Below, in pieces: positions 59,918-64,000 of a stretch of 64,000 nucleotides of DNA. The DNA is from an uncultured Gemmatimonadales bacterium (GTDB taxonomy: Bacteria > Gemmatimonadota > Gemmatimonadetes > Gemmatimonadales > GWC2-71-9), in contig CAWHFW010000005.1 in assembly GCA_963828735.1 (NCBI GenBank), positions 512,001-576,000 of the forward strand. The letters are read 5' to 3'. Under the pieces are notes generated by a model. That model made no database searches. It saw only the letters and a program-made list of their open reading frames with translations, and was not told the origin of the DNA. How positions within the stretch are numbered: the stretch's first letter is position 1; the number at the start of each line of letters is the position of its first letter. The position numbers and the translations under genes are program-made.

Positions 59918-62398
59918 CTAAATCGGGAATGTGTTGAACGCAATATCCCAGAATGCAATGGATGGCCACCTGGAGTTGTTGTCGCCGCAGTAGCTCATTA
60001 TCTCATTCGTCCCGGACGGCACCGTTGATTGTGCTGCTATGTCCATTCCCGTGTCCTCGGTAGCAGCAGGCAACCGAGAATCAATCGGCCCAGGGGGGTT
60101 CCCGCACGGCGCGTGGAAGATCCCGAGAGTGTGTCCCATTTCGTGCGCATACGTGCCGCTGTTATCCGTCCGCGCGTTTTGGGTGGACTCTCCCCCGTCT
60201 CTTTGACCTCCTCGCGCGACAAATGCGGGATGAACGAAAGGTGCCATTGGTGTCCCCACACCCCCCACCGTGGCATCATAGCTGGAAGAGTCCGGCACGA
60301 GTGCACCCCTAATGCCAACCACGAGTGGGTCCATGATGAAAATCTCCGTGGCAATTGTCATTAGCAGCCTGTCCCAGCCGCTGCGGTCGCGGAGATCTGC
60401 ATAAACAGGAAGTGCACGCCTGATTGGAGGGTTGATGATGAAACCGTCCTCCGCAATGGGAAAGCGACTTATTGCCCCTTGCAGCGAGTAGTAGTAGTCG
60501 CTCATAGTCGGCGCAGGCAGGCCGAGATGCTGATCCTCAATGAGGTACGGGAGAATCGCTTGTGTCGGCTGGTTCAAGAATGTGACTGAGATCGTCTCAG
60601 AGGCGCTGTACGGGCCGCCGTTGTCACCTTGGTGCCCCTCGACCCAGACCTTCGCCTGGATCGCAACCCGACCTGAGGTCTGAGGCAGAGGTATCTCGAA
60701 GTTGAGCGAGTCTCTGGTACGATTGCGCTCTATATCGTCACGAGGTTGAGCTGTCACGACCTCCCATGAGTTCGACCTCGAAAACCATGGCAGCCCGGCG
60801 TCGATACCATACCTGGCGCCTTCGGGAACTACCGTAATCCGGCCCGTGACGCCCGGTAAATTGTTTGGTCCGTATCCATAGTCGAACCCGTCCCGGACTC
60901 CGGAGTCGACATATAGGCGGACAGCAGTGCGTTTTCCAGCGACGAGCCGGACGTTATTGCCGGTGCCGGAAGCTATGTCATACCGCTGGATCGCCTGGAC
61001 CACCTCAATGCCCGCGATCGCGAGGTTCGGCCTCCGTGTGACCTCAAACTCCACCATGTCCGCCATAGATCCGCACCGGCTGGAGGCACTAGCGGTGACC
61101 TTCAGCGTTTTTGAAACCTTGACGAATGGCGTGTGATAGGTAAGTGAGCCAGTCGCTGGAAGCCCCGGCGTAGACGTGGTCGTGCCGTCCAATTCTGTAA
61201 TATTGATGCGCACAGATGTACCCAGGTCGGGAATGGCGCGCCAAGCGATCACGACGTCAGTGTCCCGCTCCACCTGCACCCGGCCCTTGCGTCCATCGAC
61301 GGTAAGCGACTGCATGATCGGTAGGCCACCGGTGAACCAACTAACGCTGCCTGGTAAACACTCTGGACACCGACCGAAGAGGGACTGAGCAGTCTCTGTA
61401 AGGACCAGCGACACAAAGGAGGCTGACGACCCAAAGGTGGCTTTTAGCTGGGAGGCCAGTTCCTTGGTGGCCACCACCATGAGCTCTGGCCACCCAAGTT
61501 CGTCCCGAGGGGTCTCTTCCCGTTCGAGTTCCGGCACTTCCGGCAACTCAATCATGAAGCCTATACAGCCAGGACCGGCCTCGTCTGGCACCCGCACTTG
61601 GATCGTGTTGTCTGTCCAACTTCCCTCGACTACTTCCGCGCGCACGCAACCACCGCCGCGGGCCGCGAACATCACCGAGTAGCCATACGGTCTTCCAAAC
61701 GCGCTGCCTGTGATTGTTACGATTTCGCCCGGACAGGCATCTGAAGGATCGATGTTGGTTATGGTTGGGCGGTTGCCCGAGCCCGGGAGGTAAGCCCGAG
61801 GCCATCGGCGCGGTCTATTAATTGCGACACTGCGAAAGTTATTGATTAGTTTCAGGACGGCACGGACCTTGGGATGAGTTCCAAGCTTCTGCGTGTCACT
61901 AAATGCCCTTGGAAGTTGCGGCAAACGAGAAATTCTTCGTCCGATTCCGAGCTCTCTCAAGAACACATTCGTGGCATCGAAACCGAAAGCCACCTGCACT
62001 AGGACCTTACTCATCTTTAGCGGCCAAGCTGTCTCTGATAAGCTTCGTGCACCAGCTATGAGGAACTCGACGGCGGATTGTTGAAATACCCCCTCGGGAG
62101 TCTTCGGGGCAGCGTCCGCGTCCAGCCAGTCCAACACAAAAGCTGACCTGTCGTTCCCTTTGAGTATCGGATGCTCGTGTAGGAGGGCTGACAGTTCCTG
62201 GTACGCGGCAATCGTGTGGGTTAGCTCGGAGACTTCACGCCCCTGCTCAAGCTGCCCGGGCCGCCGAACGGTTCGTGAGGACTCAGCACCACCCCTCAAC
62301 GCCAAGCGCCGAGCGAGTGCTGGCGTGTGCTCTAAGCGCTCGCGGAGCTTCTGGAACTCGGGGGTGTCGCCCCCCGGTAGTCGTCGATAGTCAGCCAT
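59918..62398 (-). CDS. IPT/TIG-domain zinc metalloprotease (metzincin, M66-like)
   Basis: GEIVTITGSAFG..WTDNTIQVRVP (IPT); GIEVVQAIQ; HEMGHTLGIFH; IMSY Met-turn. Confidence 0.85.
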   Translation of the reverse strand: MADYRRLPGGDTPEFQKLRERLEHTPALARRLALRGGAESSRTVRRPGQLEQGREVSELTHTIAAYQELSALLHEHPILKGNDRSAFVLDWLDADAAPKTPEGVFQQSAVEFLIAGARSLSETAWPLKMSKVLVQVAFGFDATNVFLRELGIGRRISRLPQLPRAFSDTQKLGTHPKVRAVLKLINNFRSVAINRPRRWPRAYLPGSGNRPTITNIDPSDACPGEIVTITGSAFGRPYGYSVMFAARGGGCVRAEVVEGSWTDNTIQVRVPDEAGPGCIGFMIELPEVPELEREETPRDELGWPELMVVATKELASQLKATFGSSASFVSLVLTETAQSLFGRCPECLPGSVSWFTGGLPIMQSLTVDGRKGRVQVERDTDVVIAWRAIPDLGTSVRINITELDGTTTSTPGLPATGSLTYHTPFVKVSKTLKVTASASSRCGSMADMVEFEVTRRPNLAIAGIEVVQAIQRYDIASGTGNNVRLVAGKRTAVRLYVDSGVRDGFDYGYGPNNLPGVTGRITVVPEGARYGIDAGLPWFSRSNSWEVVTAQPRDDIERNRTRDSLNFEIPLPQTSGRVAIQAKVWVEGHQGDNGGPYSASETISVTFLNQPTQAILPYLIEDQHLGLPAPTMSDYYYSLQGAISRFPIAEDGFIINPPIRRALPVYADLRDRSGWDRLLMTIATEIFIMDPLVVGIRGALVPDSSSYDATVGGVGTPMAPFVHPAFVARGGQRDGGESTQNARTDNSGTYAHEMGHTLGIFHAPCGNPPGPIDSRLPAATEDTGMDIAAQSTVPSGTNEIMSYCGDNNSRWPSIAFWDIAFNTFPI

Positions 62399-63263
62399 TG
62401 ACGCCTCAACTGCGTTTTGTACCTATTAGTTGGGTGAGTCAGGCGCTGGCGAATGCACGCGATCCCCAGTCATACGGCAACGGCACCTGTAACGTGATAA
62501 ATGGGTTCGTCTCGCCGTCTACCATCCGCCCAACAGCGACTCTCCGGGGTGGCTCAGGCGCGCTTCTGCGCCTGCGCATGACGCCACACTGGCAGCTGTG
62601 CATGACAACTCGGCGATATTGGAGCCTTCGGGGCGTCGTTTGGCGGCGTCGCGGAGGTGACGAGGAGCTGTAGCTTTGCGTCGCCGGCTTGCGCCAGGTT
62701 TGCTGTAGGGGCAAATGCTGCGAGGCTGCAACTACTCTGCGCATCGGTACCGCTGCCGTCAATAGCGGGTTTGGGCAATTGTATCAATCGAGGGACTCTA
62801 CCGCGCTTCAGCTGCGTCGCGGTTCCGCGCGAAATTGTGTCAAAGAATCCATTTATTGTGCGGATGGTGTCGCGTCCAGAGGAATCGGGCAAGATTGTGC
62901 GCACGGCGGACCGTTGACCTCGAGAAAGGTGAGGCATTGGAACCGGACAACATCGCTAGCGTTTGGTTCGGCTAACACATGGATAGAAGCGTATAGTCGG
63001 AGCGGGGCATGAGCGTTCCTAAGATGGCACCCCGCCCACAGAAGCAACGGTAAATGTCCGCATGTCACGCCGATCCCGTGGTCACCCCCGAGTGAGTTGC
63101 AACGCACTTGATGTAGATGTACGCAGCACGCGCGCAAAGTCACCTAAGATGACCCTAGACGCCATGTCCTTGTCGCAAGCGTCCACACCGGCGAATTATG
63201 GTCCTGTTCGGCTTCTTGATCTTTCACTAAGTTGTCGAACGTTGCTCAGTGGCGGTGGACGGG

Positions 63264-64000
63264 ATGTCTAGAAGGAAGGCAGTAGGATCCAAACGCGGAC
63301 CCAAGGCGAAGGCGGCTCGACAGGCCAAAGTCCCTGATGAGTCGGTGGCCCGCCGCGGCAGTGCCGTGTCCGCCACGGCCACTCCCAACAGATCGACCTC
63401 TATCCCCGGCACAACGGCCGTCATCACGGGCGGGCAGACCATCATTGACCCCGAACTGCCGGTGTTCGGCGCTGACCCCATCGCCAACTTCTTCGATGTG
63501 GGACGTCCGGGTCATGCCGTGGTGCGGCCGCAGGACTTGGTGGCGCTGCGGCTGGAGCTGCACAACCTGGTGGTGCAGCCCGGCAGCCCACCCGGCTAAA
63601 GAAGGCAAAGCCCGGCGTCGCATTCCTGGTGCTGCATTTCCCCCCGCAGGCCATCACCGAGGAAACCTTCTTCGAGACGCGTCCCGCGGGAACCAGAATC
63701 CGCCCCCGAAGCCCGGCGTCCCGGAAAAGCCCGAGCCCTCTGTCGAGGAGCTGTCCGGCCCTCCGGTGCGTGCGCGCATCGCGGGCGAGTCTCGCGTTGC
63801 TTACGCCGTGCCCGACGGATTCGACGTGGAATACACCCTGGAGGGGGTGCTCGCCGCCGTGGAAGGGCTCGCCCTCTCGGTACCCGCCAACGCAAAGCCC
63901 CCGGGCGCCGGTACGGGGCCCATCTCAATCGACGAGCTGTTCGCGCCCAACGTCAGCCTACTCTCCCGCGTCCCAACGTGCGGCGCTTTCCAGCTTCGCT
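63264..64000 (+). CDS. 5' part of a probably large hypothetical protein, frameshifted, runs off window
   Basis: VVRPQDLVALRLE...LVLHFPPQAITEE...RIAGESRVAY in successive frames. Confidence 0.55.

Larger units (their letters stand above)
49389..64000. mobile_element. tRNA-Ile-associated genomic island (right boundary outside window)
   Basis: Starts at the att site; visibly more AT-rich than the core; accessory genes. Confidence 0.65.

Overview
High-GC bacterial DNA. Gene content (lipobox RCC1/HAF/Kelch lipoproteins, carboxypeptidase-domain TonB receptor, many hybrid kinases) suggests Gemmatimonadota; this is inference only. Layout: (1) 1-5.5 kb, accessory patch beside a tRNA cluster, with a copper operon (Cys/His-rich RPP-ending leader, Met-rich outer-membrane protein, P1B ATPase), twin hairpins and an orphan Pycsar-type TM effector. 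(2) 5.6-6.1 kb, five tRNAs (His, Trp, Glu, Glu, Lys). (3) 6-38.5 kb, core-like metabolism and signalling: xoxF-J-G-like PQQ dehydrogenase cluster, Nramp-like transporter, tryptophanase, hppD-hmgA-acetoacetate-CoA ligase, receptor-less cheB-cheB-cheR-kinase, ECF sigma/anti-sigma, a His-to-Tyr pseudokinase and a TonB receptor. (4) 38.9-48.4 kb, accessory secreted lipoproteins, three sharing a TCAAG-N6-TCAAG upstream motif. (5) 49-64 kb, a visibly more AT-rich island. It begins at a truncated tyrosine integrase whose frame runs through a tRNA-Ile(GAT) 3'-half att site. A ~184-bp att/arm module occurs twice, and the cargo is lectins and hydrolases without signal peptides: jacalin, a 7-blade lectin propeller built from identical DNA repeats and fused to GH1, permuted NlpC/P60-DUF3892, and a metzincin. 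Several genes carry frameshifts that are probably sequencing errors. All calls come from motif recognition by eye; no database search was run.
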